Translations under genes and position numbers: made by a program
Notes under the pieces: generated by a model
Told to the model about the DNA's origin: nothing
Seen by the model: only the letters and a program-made list of their open reading frames with translations
The model's database searches: none
Shown here: piece after piece, positions 49,929 through 61,200 of the stretch
Position numbering within the stretch: the first letter of the stretch is position 1
How the letters are laid out: each line of letters starts with the position of its first letter
From: Spirochaetia bacterium
GTDB lineage: Bacteria; Spirochaetota; Spirochaetia; SZUA-6; Bin103
Assembly: GCA_965198005.1 (NCBI GenBank)
Contig: CBDAOI010000004.1
Coordinates: forward strand, 1,152,001 to 1,216,000
DNA: 64,000 nucleotides
Direction of reading: 5' to 3'

Positions 49929-52900
49929 ATGAATATAGATTTTCGAACGATCGTAGCACGGAGTGGAGGACAGCGTGACGCTTTCGAGGAGTTGTGTTGT
50001 CAACTCGCTCGTCGCACTATTTCAGACGGCATGCCGTGCACCCGACTTCGCGGCGCTGGTGGCGACGGAGGTGTTGAATTCATCGCAGACTTGCACAGTG
50101 GCCAGCGCATCGGATGGCAGGCGAAGTATGTTTTTAGTGTTGAGTCACTCCTCGACCAATCCAAATCGTCACTAGAAACTGCTGTGGAAGTTCATCCGAA
50201 CCTCACCAAGTACGTAATCTGTTTTCCTTTTGACTTAACAGGTCCGACACGACGCGGCGGACGAAGTGGTGTCGAGAAGATCGAAGATTGGAAACAGATT
50301 CAGGAACAGCGCTTGGTTGCAAACGGTCGTACTCTGAACATTGAGTTTTGGTCGGCATTCAAAATTCGTGATCTGCTGCATTCATACGATACCTCGGGGG
50401 GTATACGTGAATATTTCTTTAATCAGCGAGTTTTGACTCATCAATGGTTTTCGGACCACTTGAAGGATGCCTATCAGGACGCTGGTCCTCGATATACCCC
50501 TGACCTCAATGTTGAAACAAGTTTGTACAAATGGTTCGACGCTTTTGGACGTACGAGTACTTGGTCCGATATGTCCTACAAGAAAATAAGTACGTGTCGG
50601 AAGATGTGTAAACGTCTCGCGTCCGAGTCACGAGAGACTTCATCCGACACAGATTCACCCAAGTGGCCAGCGGCGGTACACGACGAACCTCCGACACTGT
50701 TGGAAGATATGGAAAGAACATGCCGTGATTCCGATCGCATCATTGCTACATATGACGCTCAGTTGTTTAGCTCTGTTACTACCAGCTTAGAGAGCCTTTT
50801 GGAGCGCCTCCGGAGTGTCGAGTCGGAACTTGCCATTGACCTAGAAACGAAGCATGGCGAAGGAATGGCAGATTCACCAGGATTTAGGCAGTTTATGGCA
50901 GAGTATATGGCGTCGTTTCCGACAGGTAATCTTGACACTATACGAGACGTTATTTCTTCATATAGTGATCTGTATGAATGGCTCTTATCTCCGAGTTGTG
51001 CATTGGCTTTTGACCGTGTCTTTGTCCTCTCTGGAGCCGCTGGATCTGGGAAGACGCATGGGGTGTGCGATGTCGCAAGAGCGAGGCACGTTAGAGGATT
51101 TCGGACGTGTGTGGTGTTCGGGCATCAATTCGGCGGGGAGCCAGATCCGTGGACACGACTACTGGAGACGCTCAATCTATCGGCAACACTGAGAGGAGAT
51201 GGTTTCCTAGATATGCTCGATGCTGCCGGCGCAGCTTCTGGTGCACACGTTCTTCTGTGTATCGACGCGATTAACGACACGCGTCCGTTGCGATACTGGC
51301 GTGATCGTCTATTGCCAATAGTACAATCAGCGGCACGGAGATTATTCGTGCGCGTGTGTTTCACATGTAGGTCGCCGTTCATATCAGTTTGTATTCCAAA
51401 AAGTAATGAGTTGAGAATAGTTGAGCATGAAGGTTTTACTGGTATAGAACATTATGCATGCCGCTCGTTCTTCGATTACTACAATCTTGATCCACCTGTA
51501 GTCCCCGTGCTTCATTCGGAGTTTTCGAATCCTCTTTATCTGCGTCTGGTGTGCGAAACAATGCGTTCGAGCGGTCGTCGTAGCCTGCCAACAGGTTGGC
51601 ATGGTATTGCTCCGGCGATACGCGGATTTCTTGATGAGAAAGAGCGCCAGTTTGCAGCAGATCACGATACTAGTCCAGGAAGCCAAATAATCAGGGGAAG
51701 TCTTGTTGCGATTATACGAAAGATCGCAAAGTCTGGTAGATCGGATCTGGCGTGGTCAGATGCGGAGAACGCGATCACGGAACGGCGATCGTTTGCGGCA
51801 AACTTACCGGTTCTGGAGTGGCTTGTTCGAAGTGATTTGTTGATCGAAGATGTTTCATCTCATTTGGAATCATTAGATGTCGAGCCTGTTGTAAGACCTG
51901 CATTCGAGCGGCTAGCGGATTTTCTTATTGCTCATGAGTTGTTGAAGGAGCACGGTGATAGCGATGTCAGAAATGAGGATCTGTCGTGTGGTTCTCTGTG
52001 CTCTCTTCAGTGCGGAGAACGCGACAATCGTTTGCGGCAACTTAGTGGACGGTGGCATTTGGAATCATTAGATGTCGAGCCTGTTGTAAGACCTGCATTC
52101 GAGCGGCTAGCGGATTTTCTTATTGCTCATGAGTTGTTGAAGGAGCACGGTGATAGCGATGTCAGAAATGAGGATCTGTCGTGTGGTTCTCTGTGCTCTC
52201 TTGTGACAAGCAAAGTGACGGTGGCAAAGAACAGTGGTGTTCTTTCGGCACTTTCGGTTGTGGGTCCAGAGTTTTTCCCAGGATTCGAGATAACGGGCCT
52301 TACTGACGATAAGAGGATTCGCAGATTGTTGTTGGAGATTTTCATAAAGACGATTCCTTCGAGAGATCCTGCGACGTTCGGAGTAACGTCAGAGACGTTG
52401 GTGCGGGAAGCACTTGGCACCCGTGACCTATCGTTCGAGACAATGGACTCAGTGCTTGCGTTGTCATGGCATGTGTCCGCTATTGACGCGTTTTGGCTCC
52501 ACGAGCTGTTGATGGAACAGAGCATGGCTAAACGTGATTCGTATTGGTGTGCATACTTACATGATTCATTTGAGAAAAGAGGAAGTGTGTACCGATTAGT
52601 TCAAGCTGCGTTCGAGTTGCCGTTAGATCAATTGGAGCAGGACGTGGCGGAACGATGGATAATCGCGTTATTGTGGTTTACCGCAGCGACAGATCGACGA
52701 GTGAAGGATCGCGCTACGCGGTCTATAGTCGCCGTTTTTTCGGCCAATCCTTGTCTAATAGAACGTACGATAATACGGATACTTCTTGAGTCTGATGACG
52801 ACGAAGTGCGCGAGCGAGCTCTCTTGAGCGGCTATGGCGCATTAATTAAGTCGAGAGACCCTGAACAATCCCTCAATATGGCGTCAGCGTTACTCAAGGC

Positions 52901-54365
52901 GATAAAAAGTGATCCAAAGTCCTTCCAGAACGCGATGATTCGGGATCACGTGAGATGCATCTTTGAGTTAAGCGCTCAATTAAAGTCTATCTCCCATGGT
53001 GTCAGCTACAAAGACGTAAGCATGACTGGATCCGAGTGGCCGTTGGTCATTCCGTCCAATGACGAGACTAAGATGTGGGAAAAACTGTTGCACTTTTGGC
53101 CTGACGAGTACAGGAGCGATTTTTTCAAATACTCGATGGGATGTCTTCGACCGTGGGAGCATTCAATTTCAAGATCCGACATGGCTAAGTGGATGATCAA
53201 GCGCATTGCAACAGATTTTCGTTATGTGTCTTCTGGTTGTGAACGCTATGACAGATACATGCTGGGTAAGTTTGGCGGAGGACGATCCAAGCCCAAGTGG
53301 GCGGAACGAATCGGAAAGAAATACCAGTGGCTCGCGATGTACCAGATCGCATCCCGACTGCATGATAATGTTGAACGCCAGAAGGAGCCATGGGATCATA
53401 CTCCTGATCTTCCCGCGCCGCCTCTAATATTGTTGGAAGAGCGTAAACTCGATCCTACTTTGCCGCGACAACTCATGGACCACAAAGATGTCTCTGATTC
53501 ATGGTGGGTGGCGACGACCGCTGATCTTGGCTTGAACCGTACACCATCGGATGAAGATTGGGTAAGAAGCAAGCAGGGAGTGCCGAACTTGAGTGACTTT
53601 CTTACACGCGTCGCTAGTGATTCACAGGAGTGGCTTCCCCTTTTGTCATTCCCCACGTGGGAAAAGCGACCGGAAGACGAAAGTATCTGGGAGACATCAT
53701 ATCGACAAGTGTGGATACATGTCAAGAGTTATTTGGTTTCTATACACGATGTAGAATCCGTGTACAAGGGTTTACGCGGACGTAATTTTTTTGGACAATG
53801 GTTGCCTAATGGAGCAGATTTACCTTATGGATTTGCGGGTGAATATCCATGGGCTACTTCATTCAAGAACGAGTTAGATAGCTGGTATGGTAGTGAAGAT
53901 TCGATCGATGGAATGCCGTGGAGATTGGAGCCATGCTGGAATCAGCTGGTTGTTGAGTGGGAGTATGACTCGTCGTTGGAGAAAAGCCATCATATGGCGG
54001 TGCCCGCGCGTCTATTCTTTTCATCTGATGATTTGTGGTGGGACGGAAAGGATGGTTACCGGGTTTTGGAAGGGAGGACTGTTTTTCGGGATCCATCACT
54101 TACCGATGGAGGTCCTACGTCTCTCATGGTCGATGCAAACGAACTCAACTTACGCCTCAATGATTTGAAACTCGGAATCATATGGACATTGCTTGGCGAG
54201 AAGTGGATTGTGGGTGGTCGCCACAGCACTAGGAGGTCGAGAAGGAGCTTTAGTCAGGTTGCGTATCGAAAGTGTGATGGCTCGACGGAAGTTGGAGAAC
54301 TTACTTTTTTCGATGACTTTGATGCTAGCACGGGACCGCGAGCGGTTGAGCCGATTAGAAAATAG
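49929..54365 (+). CDS. STAND-type NTPase with N-terminal Mrr-like nuclease (Avs/AVAST-like)
   Basis: FEELCCQ..DGGVE..GWQAKY; GAAGSGKT; LCIDAIND; NPLYL; ERIGKKYQW; distinctly lower GC. Confidence 0.7.
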   Translation: MNIDFRTIVARSGGQRDAFEELCCQLARRTISDGMPCTRLRGAGGDGGVEFIADLHSGQRIGWQAKYVFSVESLLDQSKSSLETAVEVHPNLTKYVICFPFDLTGPTRRGGRSGVEKIEDWKQIQEQRLVANGRTLNIEFWSAFKIRDLLHSYDTSGGIREYFFNQRVLTHQWFSDHLKDAYQDAGPRYTPDLNVETSLYKWFDAFGRTSTWSDMSYKKISTCRKMCKRLASESRETSSDTDSPKWPAAVHDEPPTLLEDMERTCRDSDRIIATYDAQLFSSVTTSLESLLERLRSVESELAIDLETKHGEGMADSPGFRQFMAEYMASFPTGNLDTIRDVISSYSDLYEWLLSPSCALAFDRVFVLSGAAGSGKTHGVCDVARARHVRGFRTCVVFGHQFGGEPDPWTRLLETLNLSATLRGDGFLDMLDAAGAASGAHVLLCIDAINDTRPLRYWRDRLLPIVQSAARRLFVRVCFTCRSPFISVCIPKSNELRIVEHEGFTGIEHYACRSFFDYYNLDPPVVPVLHSEFSNPLYLRLVCETMRSSGRRSLPTGWHGIAPAIRGFLDEKERQFAADHDTSPGSQIIRGSLVAIIRKIAKSGRSDLAWSDAENAITERRSFAANLPVLEWLVRSDLLIEDVSSHLESLDVEPVVRPAFERLADFLIAHELLKEHGDSDVRNEDLSCGSLCSLQCGERDNRLRQLSGRWHLESLDVEPVVRPAFERLADFLIAHELLKEHGDSDVRNEDLSCGSLCSLVTSKVTVAKNSGVLSALSVVGPEFFPGFEITGLTDDKRIRRLLLEIFIKTIPSRDPATFGVTSETLVREALGTRDLSFETMDSVLALSWHVSAIDAFWLHELLMEQSMAKRDSYWCAYLHDSFEKRGSVYRLVQAAFELPLDQLEQDVAERWIIALLWFTAATDRRVKDRATRSIVAVFSANPCLIERTIIRILLESDDDEVRERALLSGYGALIKSRDPEQSLNMASALLKAIKSDPKSFQNAMIRDHVRCIFELSAQLKSISHGVSYKDVSMTGSEWPLVIPSNDETKMWEKLLHFWPDEYRSDFFKYSMGCLRPWEHSISRSDMAKWMIKRIATDFRYVSSGCERYDRYMLGKFGGGRSKPKWAERIGKKYQWLAMYQIASRLHDNVERQKEPWDHTPDLPAPPLILLEERKLDPTLPRQLMDHKDVSDSWWVATTADLGLNRTPSDEDWVRSKQGVPNLSDFLTRVASDSQEWLPLLSFPTWEKRPEDESIWETSYRQVWIHVKSYLVSIHDVESVYKGLRGRNFFGQWLPNGADLPYGFAGEYPWATSFKNELDSWYGSEDSIDGMPWRLEPCWNQLVVEWEYDSSLEKSHHMAVPARLFFSSDDLWWDGKDGYRVLEGRTVFRDPSLTDGGPTSLMVDANELNLRLNDLKLGIIWTLLGEKWIVGGRHSTRRSRRSFSQVAYRKCDGSTEVGELTFFDDFDASTGPRAVEPIRK
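51861..52202. repeat. In-frame direct duplication (~147 bp, 195-bp period) in the NTPase gene
   Basis: HLESLDVEPVVRPAFERLADFLIAHELL..SLCSL occurs twice. Confidence 0.9.
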
Positions 54366-54398
54366 ATCGCTCATGGTAATGTGTGGTAGTACGCGAGC

Positions 54399-57300
54399 AT
54401 GAGTGATAACGACAAGCGTCTCATTGAGGTTGGGTTTCCGGTGAAGCAGGTGTCGCTCGATTCGGTGCACGAGAAGAACGTGCGGCATGGGCATGTTTCG
54501 ACGCTGCACATCTGGCCGGCGAGGCGGCCGTTGGCGGCGTGTCGCGCGGCGCTGATTGGGACGCTGCTCGCGGCTCCGGGTGATGCGGAACGACGCACGG
54601 CGATTCTGGAGCGGATGGCCGGTCGGGTGGTCAAGAAGGTGGAGCGCAAGCGGGTGAACGGCCGCTTGGTGGAGAAGGTGAAGGAGGAGACCGCCGGCGG
54701 TATTCTGCACTGGGGCCGGGAGAGCGACGAGGATCTGCAGTGGTTTCGGGAGGAGATTCGCAGGGCCTATGGCGGGCGGGCACCACGCGTGCTCGACCCG
54801 TTTGCGGGAGGGGGCGCCGTACCTCTGGAAGCACTGCGGCTGGGCTGCGACGTGACGGCTATCGACATCAATCCGGTGGCGTGGTTCATTCTCAAGTGCA
54901 CGCTCGAATACCCGCAAAGACTCGCTGGCGAGAAGCACGCGCTTCCGGATTCTGCGTTGCGCGACGCGGAGTTCATGGCCGCGTTCTTCAAGGCGCGTGG
55001 TTTCAAGGGAGCAATGTTGCGCACGTTGCTCCAGCGGCTAGGGCACGGCAGCGGTAGCGAAGTTCAGCTCGACCTGATCAGCGTCGACGATCCGCTGCTC
55101 GATGCGGACCTTGCGTGGCATATGCGTGCGTGGGGGCGATGGGTGCTTGCTCGTGCGCGCAAGGATCTGGCGTCTCATTACCCCACCCATGCCGAGTTCG
55201 TACCTCTGAGTGGTGGCAGCGAGTACGAGGCGGGACCGAGGCGGCTGCTTGTAGAGGTCGATGAGAGCGGAAACCCACAGATTGACTCACTGAATGTCGA
55301 GTACGACACCGCCTACCTGAACGATCCCCGCAACCCTCGATGGGTGGCGAAGCCTACGGTCGCGTATCTGCATGCGCGGACGGTTGCCTGCAAGCAGTGT
55401 CGCGCCATGCTTCCGCTCCTCAAGACGCGCTGGCTGTGCAGGAAGGAGCGCAAGCGCGTGTTGCTGACGATGGAGCGCGACGCCGCGGAGACCAATGTGG
55501 CATTCGGCGTGCAGACGGACGTGCCGCAGGCCGGCGGCAATGCGGCACAGCGACGGGAACACGACAAGCGCATAGGGGCCGGTACGATGTCACGCACCGG
55601 CGCGACCTGTCCGTGGTGCCATGCCATCATGACCATGGAAGATATCCGCCTGGAAGGACGCGCCGGCAGGTTGGGTACGGTGATGACGGCGGTGGTAGTC
55701 GACGGCCCTCGGGGCAAGGAGTACCGTCTGCCTACCGAGCACGAGCGTGTAGCTGCGGAAGTAACCGACGAGCAGCTTCAAGCCATGTTTGCGCATATCC
55801 CCTTTGGTTTGCCGGAAGAACCGCTAGCGAGCAAGGAGGCTCTCGGGTTTCGCGTCCCGCTGTACGGATTCGACACATGGAGAAAGCTGTTTACCAACCG
55901 CCAACTCTTGGCGCTGGGCGAGTTCACCCGAGCGCTGCGGTGCTTGCCGCAGGAACTGCGCGACTATCCGCCCGCGTGGCGGGAGTCGATCGTCGCGATG
56001 TGCGCACCGATCATCAGTCGCATGGCCGACCGAGGGAGCACGTTGGCAACTTGGACAAGCAATGCTGAACAGACCAGTCACACATTTGCGAGATTCGCGT
56101 TGCCCATGACCTGGGACTTCTCGGAGTACGCTCCGCTCTCGGACACTACGGGCGGCTTCCTGCAATCGGTCGACTGGGTGTTCAAGGTGTGCCGGCACCT
56201 CCAGAGCAGCGTCCAAGCTGCCTGCAGCGGAACCAGCGTACTTGGCTCGGCAACCTCCCGCGACGTTGCCGACATCGACCTCGTAGTGACCGACCCGCCC
56301 TACTACGACGCGATCCCCTACTCCGACCTGATGGATTTCTTTTATGTTTGGCTGAGGCGGTCGCTGGCCGGTCTGTCCGCCGAGATCGACGCGGCATTCT
56401 CCAGTGTTCTTGGCCCCAAGTGGGATCACCAGGCCGACGACGGTGAGTTGATCGACGACGCAAGTCGGTTCGAGGGTGACAAGGAGCGATCCAAGCGCAA
56501 CTACGAGGACGGCATGGCACGCGCGTTCCGCTCGTGCCACGTGGCGTTGCGGCCGGAGGGGCGGCTGGTGGTCGTGTTCGCCAACAAGCAGCCCGACGCC
56601 TGGGAGACACTGGTCGGCGCTTTGATCCGGGCCGGATTCGTGGTTGACGGCTCCTGGCCGCTTCAGACGGAACGAAGCAGCCGCAGCCGCGCGATGTCAT
56701 CCGCCGCCTTGTCATCGTCGGTATGGATCGTCTGCAAGAAGCGCGCCGCCGGTCGTCACGGGTGGGACAGCAGCGTCTTGGACGAGATGAGGGAGAACAT
56801 CACCGAGAAGCTACGCGACTTCTGGGACGCGGGGATTCGCGGGCCGGACTTCGTGTGGGCGGCGACCGGACCGGCGCTGGAGGCGTTCAGCAAGTACCCG
56901 GTGGTCAAGAAGGCGAACGCCCCGAACCAGCTCATGACCGTCTCCGAGTTCCTGCGCGAGGTGCGGCGGATGGTGGTCGATTTCGTCGTCGGACGCGTCC
57001 TCACCCACGACGAAGCCAAGGAAGCGGCAACCGGTCTTGATGACGTGACTACCTATTACTTGCTGCATCGTAACGACTTCGGCATGGGTGAGGCGCCGGT
57101 GGGGGGCTGCATTCTCTATGCGCTGTCGTGCAACCTCTCCGACTCTGCGCTGGTCAACCAGCACGACCTGCTGGCGCAGTCCGGACGTGGGAACGCGGAG
57201 GAGTCCGAGGACGACGATCCGGCAGCGGACGAGGAACGGTCTGAGGGCGGTGGCGCCAAGGTCAAGCTCAAGCCGTGGAGCCGAAGGCAGGGACGCAACC

Positions 57301-57575
57301 TCGGCCTGGAAGCGGCGGGCGGGCGCCCGCCACCCCTCATCGACCAGGTGCACCGGTTGATGCACCTGTGGCGAGCCGGGGACCAAGTCAAGGTTGACGA
57401 CTACCTCGACACCCGTGGCCTCCCGCGCAACGCCCTGTTCCACCGCATCCTGCAAGCGCTCATCGAGCTGGCCGAGGGTGACTCCGAGGAGCGCTCTCTG
57501 CTGGAAGCCCTGAGTAACCGCGCGGCTGACCGTGGCGGTATCGGCTATCGTCAAGGCGAGCTGATTCCGAGATGA
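54399..57575 (+). CDS. DUF1156 adenine-specific DNA methyltransferase
   Basis: LHIWPARRPL, DPFAGGGAVP, Zn-finger CKQC/CPWC, TDPPYYD. Confidence 0.9.
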   Translation: MSDNDKRLIEVGFPVKQVSLDSVHEKNVRHGHVSTLHIWPARRPLAACRAALIGTLLAAPGDAERRTAILERMAGRVVKKVERKRVNGRLVEKVKEETAGGILHWGRESDEDLQWFREEIRRAYGGRAPRVLDPFAGGGAVPLEALRLGCDVTAIDINPVAWFILKCTLEYPQRLAGEKHALPDSALRDAEFMAAFFKARGFKGAMLRTLLQRLGHGSGSEVQLDLISVDDPLLDADLAWHMRAWGRWVLARARKDLASHYPTHAEFVPLSGGSEYEAGPRRLLVEVDESGNPQIDSLNVEYDTAYLNDPRNPRWVAKPTVAYLHARTVACKQCRAMLPLLKTRWLCRKERKRVLLTMERDAAETNVAFGVQTDVPQAGGNAAQRREHDKRIGAGTMSRTGATCPWCHAIMTMEDIRLEGRAGRLGTVMTAVVVDGPRGKEYRLPTEHERVAAEVTDEQLQAMFAHIPFGLPEEPLASKEALGFRVPLYGFDTWRKLFTNRQLLALGEFTRALRCLPQELRDYPPAWRESIVAMCAPIISRMADRGSTLATWTSNAEQTSHTFARFALPMTWDFSEYAPLSDTTGGFLQSVDWVFKVCRHLQSSVQAACSGTSVLGSATSRDVADIDLVVTDPPYYDAIPYSDLMDFFYVWLRRSLAGLSAEIDAAFSSVLGPKWDHQADDGELIDDASRFEGDKERSKRNYEDGMARAFRSCHVALRPEGRLVVVFANKQPDAWETLVGALIRAGFVVDGSWPLQTERSSRSRAMSSAALSSSVWIVCKKRAAGRHGWDSSVLDEMRENITEKLRDFWDAGIRGPDFVWAATGPALEAFSKYPVVKKANAPNQLMTVSEFLREVRRMVVDFVVGRVLTHDEAKEAATGLDDVTTYYLLHRNDFGMGEAPVGGCILYALSCNLSDSALVNQHDLLAQSGRGNAEESEDDDPAADEERSEGGGAKVKLKPWSRRQGRNLGLEAAGGRPPPLIDQVHRLMHLWRAGDQVKVDDYLDTRGLPRNALFHRILQALIELAEGDSEERSLLEALSNRAADRGGIGYRQGELIPR

Positions 57576-57688
57576 CCACGTGCACAGCTTCTGGGACGGC
57601 GCCCCTCGTCCACCTTTTCACATCTGGCCGTTTCTGACATGATAGAGGTTATCCGTGACGTAACGCGTATCGTAGGATGCGGTGGGCG

Positions 57689-57973
57689 ATGATCGCCACC
57701 TATCGCGACAACCGAACGCGGGATTTCGCGTCGGGAAAGTGGGTCAGTGCGTTCTCCGGCTTCGAACATGCGGCGAGGCTAAAGATCGACCGACTGGAAG
57801 TGGCAACGTCAATCATGGATCTGGCGGCATTGCCGGGTAACCGTTTTGAATCCCTGACGGGGGATCGAAAAGGGCAGTACAGCATTCGCATCAACGATCA
57901 GTGGCGCATCTGCTTCGAGTGGACGAAACGGAGCTCAGGGCCGACCAACGTCGAGATCGCAGACTATCACTAG
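57689..57973 (+). CDS. higB: HigB (RelE-family) toxin
   Basis: PGNRFESLTGDRKGQYSIRINDQWRICFEW..DYH. Confidence 0.93.
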   Translation: MIATYRDNRTRDFASGKWVSAFSGFEHAARLKIDRLEVATSIMDLAALPGNRFESLTGDRKGQYSIRINDQWRICFEWTKRSSGPTNVEIADYH

Positions 57974-57986
57974 CAACGGGAGGGCC

Positions 57987-58292
57987 GTGATGGGAATACC
58001 AGCTATCCATGCGGGAGAACATCTCGCCGAAGAACTGAAGGCGCTCGACATGAGTGCCAGCACGCTCGCAAGACAAGTGAGCGTGCCTACGAAGCGAATC
58101 ACCGAGATTCTCAATGGGAGCCGTGCAATCACTGGGGACACGGCGCTGAGGTTGGCCCACTTTTTCGGCACCAGCGCGGAGTTCTGGCTCAACCTCCAGA
58201 AGCTCTACGAGCTCCGGCTTGCAGAGGAAACGGTGGGAGACGATATCGACTCCCTGCCGACACTCAAGAGCTACGACGCGGTTCGCACGTGA
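57987..58292 (+). CDS. higA: HigA antitoxin
   Basis: HAGEHL..RAITGDTALRLAHFFGTSAEFWLNLQ. Confidence 0.93.
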   Translation: MMGIPAIHAGEHLAEELKALDMSASTLARQVSVPTKRITEILNGSRAITGDTALRLAHFFGTSAEFWLNLQKLYELRLAEETVGDDIDSLPTLKSYDAVRT

Positions 58293-61200
58293 GTCCCTGG
58301 CATGAGGTCGTGCAAGTGCGCGACGATCTGAAGAGTGGCGAGCTGTCGCTGGCGGTGTTTGCCGCCGATCTGTACGACGTGGTGATGCAGAAGGGGCAGA
58401 GGCCGGTGTACGAGCAACCGGCTCAGTTTTTTGCCCTCACCTACCCGACCCTCAATCTGCGCGAACTGGTCAAGGACGTGGCCCTTCGCTTGGCCGGGCA
58501 GAGCGACAAGGCGTACCGTAAGCTGGCCGTCAATTACGGCGGCGGCAAGACGCACACACTTATCGCGCTCCGGCATCTGGTACATGCCCCCCACGAGTTG
58601 CCCGACCTGCCGGCGGTTCGTGAGTTCGAGGCGCACATCGGGTTCAAGGCTCCACGGGCGCGCGTCGCGGCGCTGTGCTTCGACAAGATCGACATTGAAA
58701 AAGGTGTGGAGATACCCGGCCCGGACGGGAAGTTGCGGATGCTCAGGTACCCATGGAGCGTGCTGGCCTGGCAGCTTGCCGGGTCGGACGGGCTGCGGCT
58801 GCTCCACGCCGCCGGCCAGGACGCCGAACGAGAGACGCCGCCGGCCGAACCCCTCCTGGTGAAGCTGCTGGCGAAGCCGCAAGCCGACGATCTCTCCACG
58901 CTGGTGCTGCTCGACGAGGTGTTGACGTACCTCCGCGTGCAGGTCGAAGTGGATCCGAACTGGCGCGGCAGGTCGATCAGCTTCTTCCAGTACCTCACGC
59001 AGGCGGTGGTCAAGGTGGACCGTTGCGCCATGGTGGCGTCGCTGCTCGCCTCCGATCAGCGGAGGCATGACGCGTTGGGCAACGAGCTGTTGCGCGACGT
59101 GTCCGAAGTGTTCGGCCGGCAGATGGAGGAGGACGCAAGTCCGGTGAGCAAGGAGGACGTGGCGCAGGTGTTGCGGCGCCGGTTCTTCACGCCCGAGTCG
59201 ATACGCGATCAGGGCGTATTCCGGCCACACGTGGCGGCGACGGTCGGCAGCATCGCGGATCTCGACGAGCAGACTGCCAAGGAGCGGGTGGCCGCCGAGC
59301 AGCGCTATCTCGACAGTTATCCCTTTCACCCGGAACTCACCGAGATCTTCTACACGCGGTGGACCCAGCTCGACGGATTCCAGCGCACGCGCGGCATCCT
59401 GCGCACGTTCGCCATCGCCCTGCGCGATGCGGAGCGATGGGACACCAGCCCTCTGATCGGCCCGAACGTGTTTCTGAACGAGCCGGGCACGAACGACTTG
59501 GCCGAAGCGGCAAGCGAGCTGGCCTCGTTCGCCAGTGTCGATACTGACGGCGGTGCGCACCAGCAGTGGCGGCCGATCCTCGAAGGCGAGCTGGCCAAGG
59601 CACGTGCGATTCAGTCCGACGCCGTGCGTCTCCGCCACCGGGAGTTGGAACAGGCGGTGGTAGCGGTGTTTCTGAGCTGTCAGCCGATCGGGCAGAAAGC
59701 GTTGACGCCGGAGCTGATGGTACTGCTCGGGGCAGCGAAGCCCGACCGGATAGAGCTTGAGACAGGGTTGCAGCGCTGGACCGAGGTGTCGTGGTTTCTG
59801 GATGAGGCGGAGGTCGCGACGCGGGGGGATGACTCCGGCGCAACCGGGGAACTGCCCAAGACATGGCGCCTGGGTAATCGTCCCAACCTGCGGCAGATGC
59901 ACGACGACGCCTGCCGCAACCGGGTGCCGCCGACGCTGGTCGAGTCGCAACTCGTCGACGCCATCGAAAGACAGCGAACCCTCACCTCCGGAGCCAGCGC
60001 CGCCGGTGCAAGAGTACACAACCTGCCGGCACGCCCGCGCGACGTCGCCGATGACGGGGCTTTTCACTACGTCGTGCTTGGCCCGCGGGCGGCCTCGGAC
60101 CCGGGCAAGCCGAGCGCGGAGGCGCGCAAGGTCATAGACCAGACGACGACCCCGGATCGACCCCGGGTGTACCGCAACGCAGTCGTCCTCGCGGTACCCT
60201 CGCGGGATGGTCTCGAGGCTTTGCGGACACGAGTACGCGACTACCTGGGTTGGGAGGAAGTTCGCGCCCAGTTGATAGACCAGCCGATCGACCCGTTGCG
60301 CGAGCAGATGCTGGCCGCCGAAACGGCCGCGGCCAGGAAGCGGGTGCCGGATGCGGTCAGGTCAGCCTACTGCATGGTGGTGACGGTCAGCGAGAGCGAT
60401 GCCATCCACGCCTTCCGGGTCGTGGTCAGCGACCAACCGTTGTTCACGACGATCAAGGCCGATCGTCGATCGCGCATTCAGGAGACTGCCATCAGTTCGG
60501 ACGCCATGCTGCCGGGCGGGCCCTACGACCTGTGGCGCGAGGACGAGCAGTCGCGGCGGGTCAAGGATCTGGTGGGGGCGTTCGCACAGTTCCCCAAGCT
60601 TCCGAAGATGCTGCGGACCAGAGAGATACTCGATACCGTGCTGGATGGCGTTCGAAACGGGATCTGGGTGGCTCAGCTTGCCCGCCCGGATCGAACGGTC
60701 AGGACGTTCTGGCGTATTGGCATCGACGAGCCGGCGCTCGATGACGCCGGTCTGGAACTGGTGCTACCCGAAGCCGCAAAGCTGAGCGGTCTCGAATCCG
60801 ACCTTCTCCGGCAAGGCAACCTGCCGGGACTTTGGTCGTCCGACGCCATTTCCGTCCAGGACGTGTACGACTACTTTGCCGGCGGTCGCGAGGTTTCTCT
60901 TCCTCGCGAAGGCTACGAGGAGACCCTGCGTGTCCCCGCATGCGAACCGGCTCACGTCGAGGCCGCGGTGCTGCAGGCAGTGGAGCAGGGTCTGCTGTGG
61001 CTGACCAGCGGCCCGGCGTCAATCCTGAATGAGCCGGTGCCGACCGGCGTGCTCAGCGCTGCCGCGACCCTGCGGCCGCCCCCGGCGCGGATGCCGGTAG
61101 ACGAAATGATGGCCGAATCGATCCCCGATGCGTGGCGTGACGGGACGACCAATGCGCTCGCCGTTGCCACGGCTCTTTCGACCAAACACGGCGCTACCCT

